IMG/VR virus record: IMGVR_UViG_3300045988_101799
Strand: one strand, 5' to 3'
DNA: 64,000 bases
From: a virus
Position numbers and translations under genes: made by a program. This document shows, piece by piece, positions 56,357 through 64,000 of this stretch; the stretch's first letter is position 1, and every line of letters begins with the position of its first letter. The notes under the pieces were generated by a model, which was not told the origin of the DNA, searched no databases, and was given only the letters and a program-made list of their open reading frames with translations.

Positions 56357-58272
56357 TTGCGATACTTGTCCATGATTTCAGGTTCGGCAAGGAGCGGAAG
56401 GGATGAAGCCCACTGCGGAGTTTCTTCCATTATCTGTTCGATGCGCTGGGCGTATTCCTCGGCACGGTCAGCCGGAACCATCACTACGGCTTCGTCATGT
56501 ACGAGAAGGATAGGTTGCGCACCCTCTAATTCCTTGCACAGGCGGTTGAACGTGCGGACCATGAGGTCACGTGCGATTGACTGGATGTTATTATTGCTAA
56601 GGAGGTTAGTATTGACAATGGAGGACTTGTATCCGAAATCGACGCAGGTTGCGAAATAGGGACGACGACCATCCTTGGGTTGAATGAGTTTCTTGTAACA
56701 GTTACGATAATAGAGCTTCCGGCCAGAGGGAAGGGAGAGCGCGAAGCTATGGGAGGGGGTACGATAGCCGCGAGCCGCTAATGCGTCCAACTCTCTCCAC
56801 CATGCCACCACTTCCGGGCTACGACTGCGGTACATGTCCACAATCGCTTGGCACTGGTCCCTGTCCATTCCGGGGTTCGAGCGTTGAATAGCCTTCCATC
56901 CAGCACTAAAGCCGCAAGCAAGTACCCCCGCCTTCACATGCTGACGAAGGTCCGCTTGCCCCGGAGTTTCCTTGCAGTACTGTTTGAAGTCCTTGACATC
57001 CGCGGGGATGAGGCCCCAACCTTTCGCGTTAGCGGCATAGATGTCCTTCTCACCAGCACGGAGGGTATCAAGAATTTTCTCCTGCCCGCAGAGCCAAGCG
57101 GTCAGACGTGCTTCAATCCCGGCCCAGTCACATACCACGAGCTTATACCCTTCGGGTGCTTGAATGGCGTTGCGCTGGTTAAAGCCCAGAACGTCTTCAC
57201 GGTTAAGCTGTTGCAGGTTGAGCTTGTCGCCCCCGGCAGTCCAACGGCCCGTGCTTGCGCCACAGTAGGTCAGCGTATAGGGGAGACGTTCTATCCCTTC
57301 ATGGTCAGTATAGACGCGGGAAAGCATGCGCTCGGTAATGCTAATCATGCGGTTCACGCTCCTGTACTTCCCGATAAGAGTTACCCACGGGACGAGGTGG
57401 CCATACTCTTCCAGCCAGTCCGTAAAATCTTCGCTGGACTTGCTGGTGGTTGTGGGGGGCGGGATGTTCAGTTCCTCGCACGCTCTACGTAGTTGGGGAA
57501 TGGAGAGTTTCTTTTCAAGCGGGATAGCTTCCTTGTATTCCTCCTGTGCCTGATGGAGTTTCTCCAATCCGTCAAGAAGATACTGACGGGAAGTCGGAAC
57601 TCCGCGCCATCCCATGATGCAGGTATTGAGCCAACAGGCGCGTTCATCTTCCGGCCAGAAGTTCTTCATCTTGTCCCACAAGGCGAGACAGTAGTAACTA
57701 TCGCCCGCCACGTATTCCTTCATGTCGTCGGGGATGACCTCCATCTTGCGGAAGTCAACGCCTTCGGCCTTGGCTCGGACTTCCTTGCTAATCTCTACAC
57801 CCCAAAGCTTTGCGACAATCTTGTCAAGAGAGCCATAGATGGCAAGATAGTTGGAAGCGGCACGGGAACAGAGCCACTCCTTGAAGGGCGGCCGGAAACT
57901 GGGAGTACATGGGATGCCCTTGGCCCCCGGCGCGTGAAGACCGAAGAGGTAAACGGCATAGTCGAAGCTGGCGTTAAACGCGACGAGGGTTTTGTCCTTC
58001 GTAGTTTTCTCCCAGTCAAAATCCTTCGGATGTCCTACCCAGCAATACTTCCCGTCATAGACGGACATGATGTATGCGTCGAACCGTGGGTCCAGACAGT
58101 AGGAATGCGGGTCCATGCACTTGAGGGAGTAGTTGCCCTCGTAGTATGTTTCAAAGTCAACGGCAAGAGTATCGCCTGTGAGTTTGGTCTGGTCGTCTGT
58201 AATCTCCATTTCATACCCCGGAATGCGAGGCAGTGAAAATGATATAGGGTTCTTATCTAATTCTTCGTGCAT
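56353..58272 (-). CDS. family A DNA polymerase with a 3'-5' exonuclease domain
   Basis: Exo I (LAVDFET); motif A (VVCDWAGIEARLTAW); motif B-like (RQHVKAGVLACGFSAG); motif C (LVHDEAVV). Start set at ATG 58272, which overlaps the MazG-like stop as ATGA. Confidence 0.85.
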   Translation of the reverse strand: MHEELDKNPISFSLPRIPGYEMEITDDQTKLTGDTLAVDFETYYEGNYSLKCMDPHSYCLDPRFDAYIMSVYDGKYCWVGHPKDFDWEKTTKDKTLVAFNASFDYAVYLFGLHAPGAKGIPCTPSFRPPFKEWLCSRAASNYLAIYGSLDKIVAKLWGVEISKEVRAKAEGVDFRKMEVIPDDMKEYVAGDSYYCLALWDKMKNFWPEDERACWLNTCIMGWRGVPTSRQYLLDGLEKLHQAQEEYKEAIPLEKKLSIPQLRRACEELNIPPPTTTSKSSEDFTDWLEEYGHLVPWVTLIGKYRSVNRMISITERMLSRVYTDHEGIERLPYTLTYCGASTGRWTAGGDKLNLQQLNREDVLGFNQRNAIQAPEGYKLVVCDWAGIEARLTAWLCGQEKILDTLRAGEKDIYAANAKGWGLIPADVKDFKQYCKETPGQADLRQHVKAGVLACGFSAGWKAIQRSNPGMDRDQCQAIVDMYRSRSPEVVAWWRELDALAARGYRTPSHSFALSLPSGRKLYYRNCYKKLIQPKDGRRPYFATCVDFGYKSSIVNTNLLSNNNIQSIARDLMVRTFNRLCKELEGAQPILLVHDEAVVMVPADRAEEYAQRIEQIMEETPQWASSLPLLAEPEIMDKYRK

Positions 58273-58655
58273 CAGTGTTTGGGTGTATTTAGTTGTTCCT
58301 TCGCTTGCGCGTAGTATTCTTGGGGTGTGCTCATAGGAATTCCGGCGGTTCTGTCCTTCTTGTACAGTTTCACGGCACGGTTCATGCGGTTTACGACTTC
58401 CCGGCATTTTTCGTTTGTGAGGAATATCCCATCCTCAAAGGAGAAACCTTCATCCCGTCCGGTCGCCGCGACGAGGCGCAATGCGAGAATGGCGATGTCG
58501 GTTGCCTCCTTTACGCGGTCCTCCGCGTCAGCTTCCCGGTATTCTTCAATCTCCCACAGAAGATGGCGCAGGAGGTCAGCGGCGGATTCCTCTAATCCCA
58601 TATAGGAGAAGTGGGAATCAACAGTTTGGGCGGCGATGGCAATTTCGTTGTACAT
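58272..58655 (-). CDS. MazG-like nucleotide pyrophosphohydrolase
   Basis: EExxE...E..D metal-binding pattern (LLWEIEEYREADAEDRVKEATDIA). Size 127 aa. Confidence 0.5.
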   Translation of the reverse strand: MYNEIAIAAQTVDSHFSYMGLEESAADLLRHLLWEIEEYREADAEDRVKEATDIAILALRLVAATGRDEGFSFEDGIFLTNEKCREVVNRMNRAVKLYKKDRTAGIPMSTPQEYYAQAKEQLNTPKH

Positions 58656-58658
58656 AGT

Positions 58659-58919
58659 TTAGAATGATATGATAATGAAGAAGAGGGTGACCAATGTTGC
58701 GGAGAGGCCAAAGATATTGACGTTCATGTCCCGGTTACTCCGTTTCAATAGATGCGTGATGGTGATGTAGATGAAGGACCACACCCACAGAACGATGAGG
58801 ACGAGAATGAGCGAGAAGATGAGGGAGGCCAGTAGGGGCATACCATTGACCAGAAAGCCCGCGAATAGGGAGAGGTAATAGATGCCCATGTAGGGGGATA
58901 ATTCTGCTAGGTCTTTCAT
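58659..58919 (-). CDS. small membrane protein
   Basis: 86 aa with 2-3 TM helices. Confidence 0.4.
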   Translation of the reverse strand: MKDLAELSPYMGIYYLSLFAGFLVNGMPLLASLIFSLILVLIVLWVWSFIYITITHLLKRSNRDMNVNIFGLSATLVTLFFIIISF

Positions 58920-58924
58920 GATGT

Positions 58925-59224
58925 CTATATGTTAATACCCATCCAGTGGCAGAAGAGGGAGGGGACAATAAAGAAGGCAGTACCGAGAATGACCAGTCCG
59001 TAGAACATATGCTCCTTCTTCGGAATAGAAATCATGGCCGCGGCAAAGAGAATCTGAATCAGGCTCATGCCGACAACGGTCAAGAAGCACATCATCCAAG
59101 AAGACTGGGGCAGGTGTGATTTAAGGTACGTGACAAAGTATAAAGGACAGATGAAGGCATACGGAAGCATCCGTACCATGTCCATGAAGTTATCCCTAAA
59201 TCTTTGAGAGTATGTTGTAGTCAT
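58925..59224 (-). CDS. small membrane protein
   Basis: 99 aa with 3 TM helices. Confidence 0.4.
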   Translation of the reverse strand: MTTTYSQRFRDNFMDMVRMLPYAFICPLYFVTYLKSHLPQSSWMMCFLTVVGMSLIQILFAAAMISIPKKEHMFYGLVILGTAFFIVPSLFCHWMGINI

Positions 59225-59377
59225 GTTTATTGCTTGTTTGCTTTTATTATTCTATGGGATTAGCGGAACGGGATTGGCCCCGCCCCGGAATCCCGGTGAC
59301 GAGGCCAATATATCACGTGTTAGATTTTTGTCAAGAAGTTTTTAGAAGAAATTTTTGAGGGAGTTGTAACTCGCTCA

Positions 59378-62263
59378 CTATCCTACAATTACTTCTTGGC
59401 GTTGTTTGTCCTGTTCTTCCCATTCGGGGAAGTCCCGATACCAACGGGCCTTAGTACTGTCGCTTGCGTACTTGAGCCAGTCCTCTACATAAAGGAACCT
59501 CATGCGCCTCCTTCCTCCCGACATCTGTTTTGCTTTCCACAATGCTTCATCTTGGAAGTAGGTAACGACGGCTGTCTTAAACCCGGTGATGGCCTGACGC
59601 TTAGGAACGTTGTTGGAACGGGGCTGGTCGGTTACTACTCCTGTATCTCGAATGGTGTAGAGAATTTGCAGGAGAGCTTGCGGCCCCGTATAGGTGAGAG
59701 GAATGCGCTTCCACAGGGGGTTGCCATCCTTGTCCGTATCTACATCCCAATCAACGGGACGAAGCTGGGTTACAAAGGATTCTTCCGCGGATTCCCGCAT
59801 ACCATACTTGGTGTTTATCTCTTGGGACTTCTGCACTACTCGGTCTACCAACTCGTTAATGTCCTCGCTTAGTGAGTGGTAGTTCTGATGCACTTGTGCC
59901 CATAGTTGCTGTATATCTATGGAATCACGGACCTTCTTCGCCTTTGCTAGGTCTCCTCCCACACTGCGGACATAAAGGACAGAGTAGCGGCGGTTCCCCG
60001 TAGTATCCGTCAGCGGGTTGGGGTCGTTGGTAGTACCAATGAACACTGCCTTCGGATTATACTTCTGCTGGTTGCGCTGGTATGCCGCACGGGTTTTAGC
60101 AGGTTGGAGGTCAAGGGAGTTCTTCACTTCGTTAGCCTTATCCGGGTCCGAGAGGATTCGGTCAATCTCGTCCAGCTGGATGACATGGGTACTGCTCTTC
60201 TGCACGATAGCATCCTTCTCGTTGCGAATGTCGAAGCTACCCGAAAAGCATCCGGGATAGTTGGCAAGAAGCTTAGTAGTCCAATGGGATTTACCGCATC
60301 CTTGGCCCCCAATGAAGATGGGGCAGAAGATGGAGCACATGTTGTTGACATCCTCCATCGACTTCTCCACGTGGTCGATAACCGTGTAGAGCCATGTACG
60401 AAGCACGAATTCGAGCCATTCCTTCTCGGTATAGCCTTCCGGGGCCATGCCCTCTTCCAGTTCGAGGGTATGGATGTACTGTCCCACTCGGTCAATACCA
60501 TCCCAAGGCTTTACGCGCAGTGTGGAAGCGAGGGGGTGATAGAAGTAGTTGGTGGAGACACTAAGGAAAGTTGCGTCCAGTTCGTGTTGTACTTTGGGAG
60601 TGGACATCCCTCCGGCCAGATATTTGGCCCACTTGCCCGCGATGTGGTTCACGAATTCCGGGTCGTAGGGGTAGAGCTTTTTACCCACGAGGTCCAATAC
60701 CAGCTTGGTATCATTGGCAACATCGGTCACAATGCGGAGACCAATAGAGGCAAGAAGGAATTCAACGTTCTCATATATTACGGGAACAGTGCCTCTCTTC
60801 TGGTCTCTGGTCGGGAAGTCGAAGTCAGCCCAGCGTTCCGGTTTCTTCGCCTGATAGTGCTTCCCTTCCGGCAGAGGTCCGGCCTCGGCTAGGATTTTCT
60901 TTAACGCCTCGTCGGGGTTATATATCTTAGCCAGTAGGGATTCGGATTCAGATTCCGAAGCGGAGGGTGCGATGGGAGCGATGTCTCTGTTCTCGATGTC
61001 CAGCACATACATGCGGAACAGGTCATTCATGCTCTTCACCTTCCGGTCCTTGTCTTGGCAGGAGCTATGGAGGCAATGGAACCATGAGGTAGATGGGAAG
61101 TCCCGGACAATGTTGAATTGAAGGTCCCGGTCAGCACGATGCCCCGTACATACATGGGCGCATGCGGGGCACATGCCGTACATGTGATTCCCTTCCCAGC
61201 GCATTGCCCGGAAGCCCTCGGCCTGTTCGGTGTAGCCATTATCGTCCAGCCACTTGGGGAACTCGGAGATAAGAATGGGAAGCGGGTCCCGCTCGGTCAG
61301 GAGGTCATCCTCTGCCGCGGGAGCCACGGTTTCCTTGGTAGCCCGTTCGACCAGCTTGTCAAGGGAGGGCACGGTAAATACCCGCGGCGTATCCTTAGCC
61401 CGTTCCACCAACTCCCCGTGGTAGAGGAACTGCAACCGGGAGATGTCCTTACATGCGGGGTCGCAGGTCAGACCGGAGAGGTTGTACACTTGGTCCCACA
61501 GGTATTTGCAGATTAGCTGGTGGCGAGCCTGACGAATAGCCGCGAGGTACTTGCCCATGTCAGGGATATGGGTATCCGTGGAATCCGTGGAATCCGTGGA
61601 ATCCGTGGAATCCGTGGAATCCGTGGAATCCGTGGAATCCGGGGGTTCCGAGATGTTGAGAGCCTCGCGTGCCCGTTCATCGACTTGGACGAAGAACTTG
61701 AACCCGCCGCTGGGGCTGACGTACCCGAACAAGTAACCGGGCAAGTGGGAGAGCTTATCCTCGGCAATGCGTTTAAGTTCCTCCGTAGTGGCGGGGTTCG
61801 TATCTTCATCCTTCTTCTTTAGGTCAATGTCCAGACCAATGATGCCGGAGTGGGACCAGAAGGAGATAGCCCGGCGCAATGCGGTACGTGGGTCAACGGT
61901 CTTCTTATTCTCGCCCAGCATAGATGAGACGGAATGGAAGATGACGGAAGGGATGAGGGCAGGAAGCGCGTTCTTGACCTTCACCTCACCGTCAGGGCTA
62001 TTCTCCTTCCATCGGGTATAGACCTTCTCATAGGCGGGAGCCAATGGCGCACGAAGCGGCCGCCCTGCCTGTTTATCGAGAAGGAGTGATAATTGGAGAC
62101 TTGTCTTTAACCGCTCGTCCGCGATGTCGTTACTGCGGAGGAAGTTAATGAGACAGTCGATTGTAATTGCCTGTGGATTCTTTCCGCTTCCGGTAAAGAC
62201 GCGAGGAGCGTTACTCCGCTCCAACAAATCCCAAGGCGTGGGGATTAGAGTAATGGATTGCAT
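59378..62263 (-). CDS. primase-helicase (P4/D5-type; zinc-binding primase N-terminus plus SF3-like NTPase)
   Basis: Zinc motif CPACAHVC...H..C..C. Walker A FIGGQGCGKSHW. Walker B VIQLDEID. The track start at 62308 is a GTG codon; ATG 62263 (MQSITLIP) is preferred. Contains an (STD)x7 repeat. Confidence 0.7.
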   Translation of the reverse strand: MQSITLIPTPWDLLERSNAPRVFTGSGKNPQAITIDCLINFLRSNDIADERLKTSLQLSLLLDKQAGRPLRAPLAPAYEKVYTRWKENSPDGEVKVKNALPALIPSVIFHSVSSMLGENKKTVDPRTALRRAISFWSHSGIIGLDIDLKKKDEDTNPATTEELKRIAEDKLSHLPGYLFGYVSPSGGFKFFVQVDERAREALNISEPPDSTDSTDSTDSTDSTDSTDSTDTHIPDMGKYLAAIRQARHQLICKYLWDQVYNLSGLTCDPACKDISRLQFLYHGELVERAKDTPRVFTVPSLDKLVERATKETVAPAAEDDLLTERDPLPILISEFPKWLDDNGYTEQAEGFRAMRWEGNHMYGMCPACAHVCTGHRADRDLQFNIVRDFPSTSWFHCLHSSCQDKDRKVKSMNDLFRMYVLDIENRDIAPIAPSASESESESLLAKIYNPDEALKKILAEAGPLPEGKHYQAKKPERWADFDFPTRDQKRGTVPVIYENVEFLLASIGLRIVTDVANDTKLVLDLVGKKLYPYDPEFVNHIAGKWAKYLAGGMSTPKVQHELDATFLSVSTNYFYHPLASTLRVKPWDGIDRVGQYIHTLELEEGMAPEGYTEKEWLEFVLRTWLYTVIDHVEKSMEDVNNMCSIFCPIFIGGQGCGKSHWTTKLLANYPGCFSGSFDIRNEKDAIVQKSSTHVIQLDEIDRILSDPDKANEVKNSLDLQPAKTRAAYQRNQQKYNPKAVFIGTTNDPNPLTDTTGNRRYSVLYVRSVGGDLAKAKKVRDSIDIQQLWAQVHQNYHSLSEDINELVDRVVQKSQEINTKYGMRESAEESFVTQLRPVDWDVDTDKDGNPLWKRIPLTYTGPQALLQILYTIRDTGVVTDQPRSNNVPKRQAITGFKTAVVTYFQDEALWKAKQMSGGRRRMRFLYVEDWLKYASDSTKARWYRDFPEWEEQDKQRQEVIVG
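61573..61640. repeat. 9-bp tandem repeat (ATCCGTGGA) x7.5 inside the primase gene, encoding (STD)7
   Basis: Exact tandem copies; in-frame. Confidence 0.85.
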
Positions 62264-62400
62264 ACTTTTATGTGTAAGGCATAGGGGCGTGGACGGCGTA
62301 GTCCGCACCCTCGTGGCCTATGGTTTGAATTGCCGAACGGTGTCCGTCGGTGTCCAAAGCTACCACGGGTTCCGGGGGTTGTCAAGTAGAATCTACGGCC

Positions 62401-62930
62401 TATAACAAGCACGTAACAAGCAATATTTAGAGTAGTTGTTACGGTAAGTGATTGAGTATATACGACTTAACAACTATAACAAGCATAACAAGCAAAAATC
62501 GTAGTTAAACGTGTACGCACCTCGTCCTCGTGCCGTATGGCGGTCGCGCTACGCGCTCCGCGGACCATGTTTTTATGATAGGGACAGGGCTAAATCGAAG
62601 AGGTATTGAAACTGAATGAGTTAGCGTAACAACCTATCAAAATCTCGACGTAAGATGTTAAGAGCCAAGGACTTAACAACTGAAGCACGAAAGAGGTTGT
62701 TACGCTGGACCATTGAAACTGAATGAGTTAACAACTATAACAAGCAAACAAGCAAATTCTACAGACTCTATATATGTGTATATATGGCCTCCCCTATACC
62801 CTCTTTTCTTATATATCTTCTATTTTTGCTTGTTTTGGTTGTTATAGTTGTTAAACTATTAAAAAAGAAGGGGTTAGCGTAACAACTACTCTAAATCATA
62901 CTTGTTATAGGTTGTTAGTAGATGTTACAA
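62401..62930. repeat. iteron-rich, AT-rich non-coding region; putative origin of replication
   Basis: Direct repeats TTAACAACTATAACAAGCA (62466, 62727; inverted copy at 62826-62853). ATTGAAACTGAATGAGTTA at 62604 and 62711. An 18-bp inverted repeat (62424-62441 / 62878-62895) bracketing the region. A GC-rich core at 62510-62570. An AT-rich TATATATGTGTATATATGG tract at 62765-62830. All immediately upstream of the primase gene. Confidence 0.4.
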
Positions 62931-63000
62931 GATTGAGAATGAATGGATTAAGAGAACAGCATTGGGCGTCAGCCCCTTATGAGTATGGGGTTCTCCGGCT

Positions 63001-63044
63001 AAAGAAAAACCCTTCGGAAGCAGGACATGCCTACCTCCGAAGGG
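63001..63044 (-). terminator. candidate rho-independent terminator for leftward transcription
   Basis: Stem CCCTTCGGA(A)G / CTCCGAAGGG with a 15-nt loop. On the minus strand it is followed by TTTTTCTTT. Confidence 0.4.
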
Positions 63045-63078
63045 CTACGCCTTGGGAACATCAACCTAGGAGATGGGT

Positions 63079-63152
63079 GACAGGAGGGCGTTGCTTCGAG
63101 TAGGTCTTACTTCTTACCTTACTGCCTACCCTCCGCGCGTTGCCCTCCTGTC
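63079..63152. repeat. 11-bp perfect inverted repeat (GACAGGAGGGC / GCCCTCCTGTC) enclosing a 52-nt loop; a TATAAT hexamer follows at 63159-63164
   Basis: Reverse complement verified. Confidence 0.6.
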
Positions 63153-63271
63153 TGGCCGTATAATACCAGCCCGCTCGAAAAAGTCAAGACAATCCTCTGC
63201 CAATATGTTATTTTGTTATGCACGCGTATATACGCGCCCACATGTGTGTATGCACCATCTCCAAATCCCCT

Positions 63272-63328
63272 GAATTTAATCGAGGGTCCTACCCTAGAAC
63301 GCGCCGCACGGGGCGGTCCGCTACAACT
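63272..63328. repeat. direct repeat copy A (GAATTTAATCGAGGGTCCTACCCTAGAACGCGCC...GGTCCGCTACAACT)
   Basis: 34 bp identical to copy B at 63750-63783, with a further ~20 bp of partial identity. Confidence 0.75.
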
Positions 63329-63749
63329 GTCCACCCGGACCCCATCCCCTCCTTCTACCCCGCCACACTGGATTAAATTCGTAAACGCGCCATCACACCA
63401 ATTTCCTCTTGACTTTCTCCCCTGATGTGATATGTTGCACCTGTTCGCTCCGAACGGCAACCGAACCAGCTAAGCTCAATGCTTCTGGCTATCCCAAGCA
63501 AGGAACTTGCTCGCCACAGGAGCGGACCAAACACTCTCCTTTCTACAGGCATTTTCCATAGTTACGCCCGTGGGTAGTCTCGTCAAGCTACCTGCGGGCT
63601 TTTTCTTTACCGCCAAATCCGCGAGAGCCGCTCCGACGCATCATGCCCGCCGTGCGCAAATTTGGTCGATGGTAGTGCCCTATCTCCTGTTTCATGACTA
63701 ATGTACCCTCTCGCTACCTATACCCCGTCACACTCTTGTAAATTTGCCC

Positions 63750-63806
63750 GAATTTAATCGAGGGTCCTACCCTAGAACGCGCCACAACCGCTGGTCCGCT
63801 ATAACT
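63750..63806. repeat. direct repeat copy B
   Basis: See copy A; the spacing between copies is 478 bp. Confidence 0.75.
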
Positions 63807-63847
63807 ACCCGCCCGAAGAGTATACCCGCCTTCTAGGTCGATACGTC

Positions 63848-63972
63848 CCCGTGGAATGGCCGCATGTCGATTTTGCTTGACGTGGCAGGAATGGGGTGCA
63901 GACCAGATGAGGCTGAAACAGACCAGAAGTATATTCCACCCGTGGAACGGCCGCGTGTCGATTTTGCTTGAC
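63848..63972. repeat. second direct repeat pair (CCCGTGGAAYGGCCGCRTGTCGATTTTGCTTGAC x2, 91 bp apart)
   Basis: Copies at 63848-63881 and 63939-63972 with 2 mismatches. Each ends in a TTGAC(A/G) -35-like hexamer. Confidence 0.7.
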
Positions 63973-64000
63973 ATGCCCAGAAGGGTACCCCCTCCCCCGT

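Noticed and set aside
63119-63974. Track ORFs 63119..63460 (113 aa) and 63714..63974 (86 aa) as protein-coding genes.
   Set aside because: Their shared peptide RSRVGPSIKF only reflects the DNA direct repeat. They are composition-driven, with no start context. They are treated as non-coding.
62930-64000. tRNA or tmRNA genes in the GC-rich structured terminal region.
   Set aside because: I could not find a 7-bp acceptor stem combined with a GTTCRANYC T-loop on either strand. TTCGAGT at 63097 has no surrounding cloverleaf. No tRNA is called.
1-64000. Diversity-generating retroelement or retron (reverse transcriptase with template/variable repeats), given the tail fibre gene and the repeats.
   Set aside because: No ORF carries reverse-transcriptase motifs of the YxDD type. 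The repeats near the fibre gene are not paired in a TR/VR arrangement.
1-64000. Lysogeny module (integrase, excisionase, CI/Cro).
   Set aside because: No tyrosine- or serine-recombinase signatures were seen in any ORF of the window. The PadR/HTH genes alone are not enough. The window looks like part of a virulent phage, although the unseen remainder of the genome could differ.

Overview
This 64-kb window is a contiguous stretch of a virulent-looking tailed dsDNA phage genome of roughly 50% GC. No integrase is visible. The layout has two arms that converge on a bidirectional terminator at 10752-10785.

(1) Plus-strand arm, 1-10.7 kb. It is a run of small orphan early genes. They are driven by a duplicated sigma70-like promoter followed by a stem-loop, and by five copies of a TTAGAA(A)CC..CA upstream motif. 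The arm ends with an NAD-dependent DNA ligase, a flavin-dependent thymidylate synthase ThyX and a DUF3310-like protein.

(2) Minus-strand arm, 62.3 kb down to 10.9 kb. Read in the direction of transcription it contains:
- a P4/D5-type primase-helicase, directly downstream of an iteron/AT-rich putative origin;
- membrane proteins, a MazG-like pyrophosphohydrolase, a family A DNA polymerase, an SNF2 helicase, a Cas4-like PD-(D/E)XK nuclease and a RuvC-like resolvase;
- the large terminase, a 756-aa portal-like protein, an acidic scaffold and a major capsid protein;
- a putative structural protein followed by an in-frame amber codon and a 30-bp duplication;
- a tail fibre, then an accessory island with two Lar-like zinc-ribbon anti-restriction candidates, PadR/HTH regulators, glycosyltransferases, a tandem array of 7 translationally coupled small paralog genes, and a lysis cassette;
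- finally a 985-aa protein, a low-complexity protein and a 3231-aa giant protein with a central HExxH motif.

The last 1.6 kb (62.4-64.0 kb) is non-coding and dense in repeats and hairpins.

No Shine-Dalgarno sequences are seen; start codons sit in A-rich contexts with a recurring AATAGAAAG motif, which suggests a Bacteroidota-like host (inference).

The most unusual items are the paralog array, the two in-frame amber junctions, the multi-zinc-ribbon Lar-like protein, the giant HExxH protein and the repeat-structured origin and terminal region.
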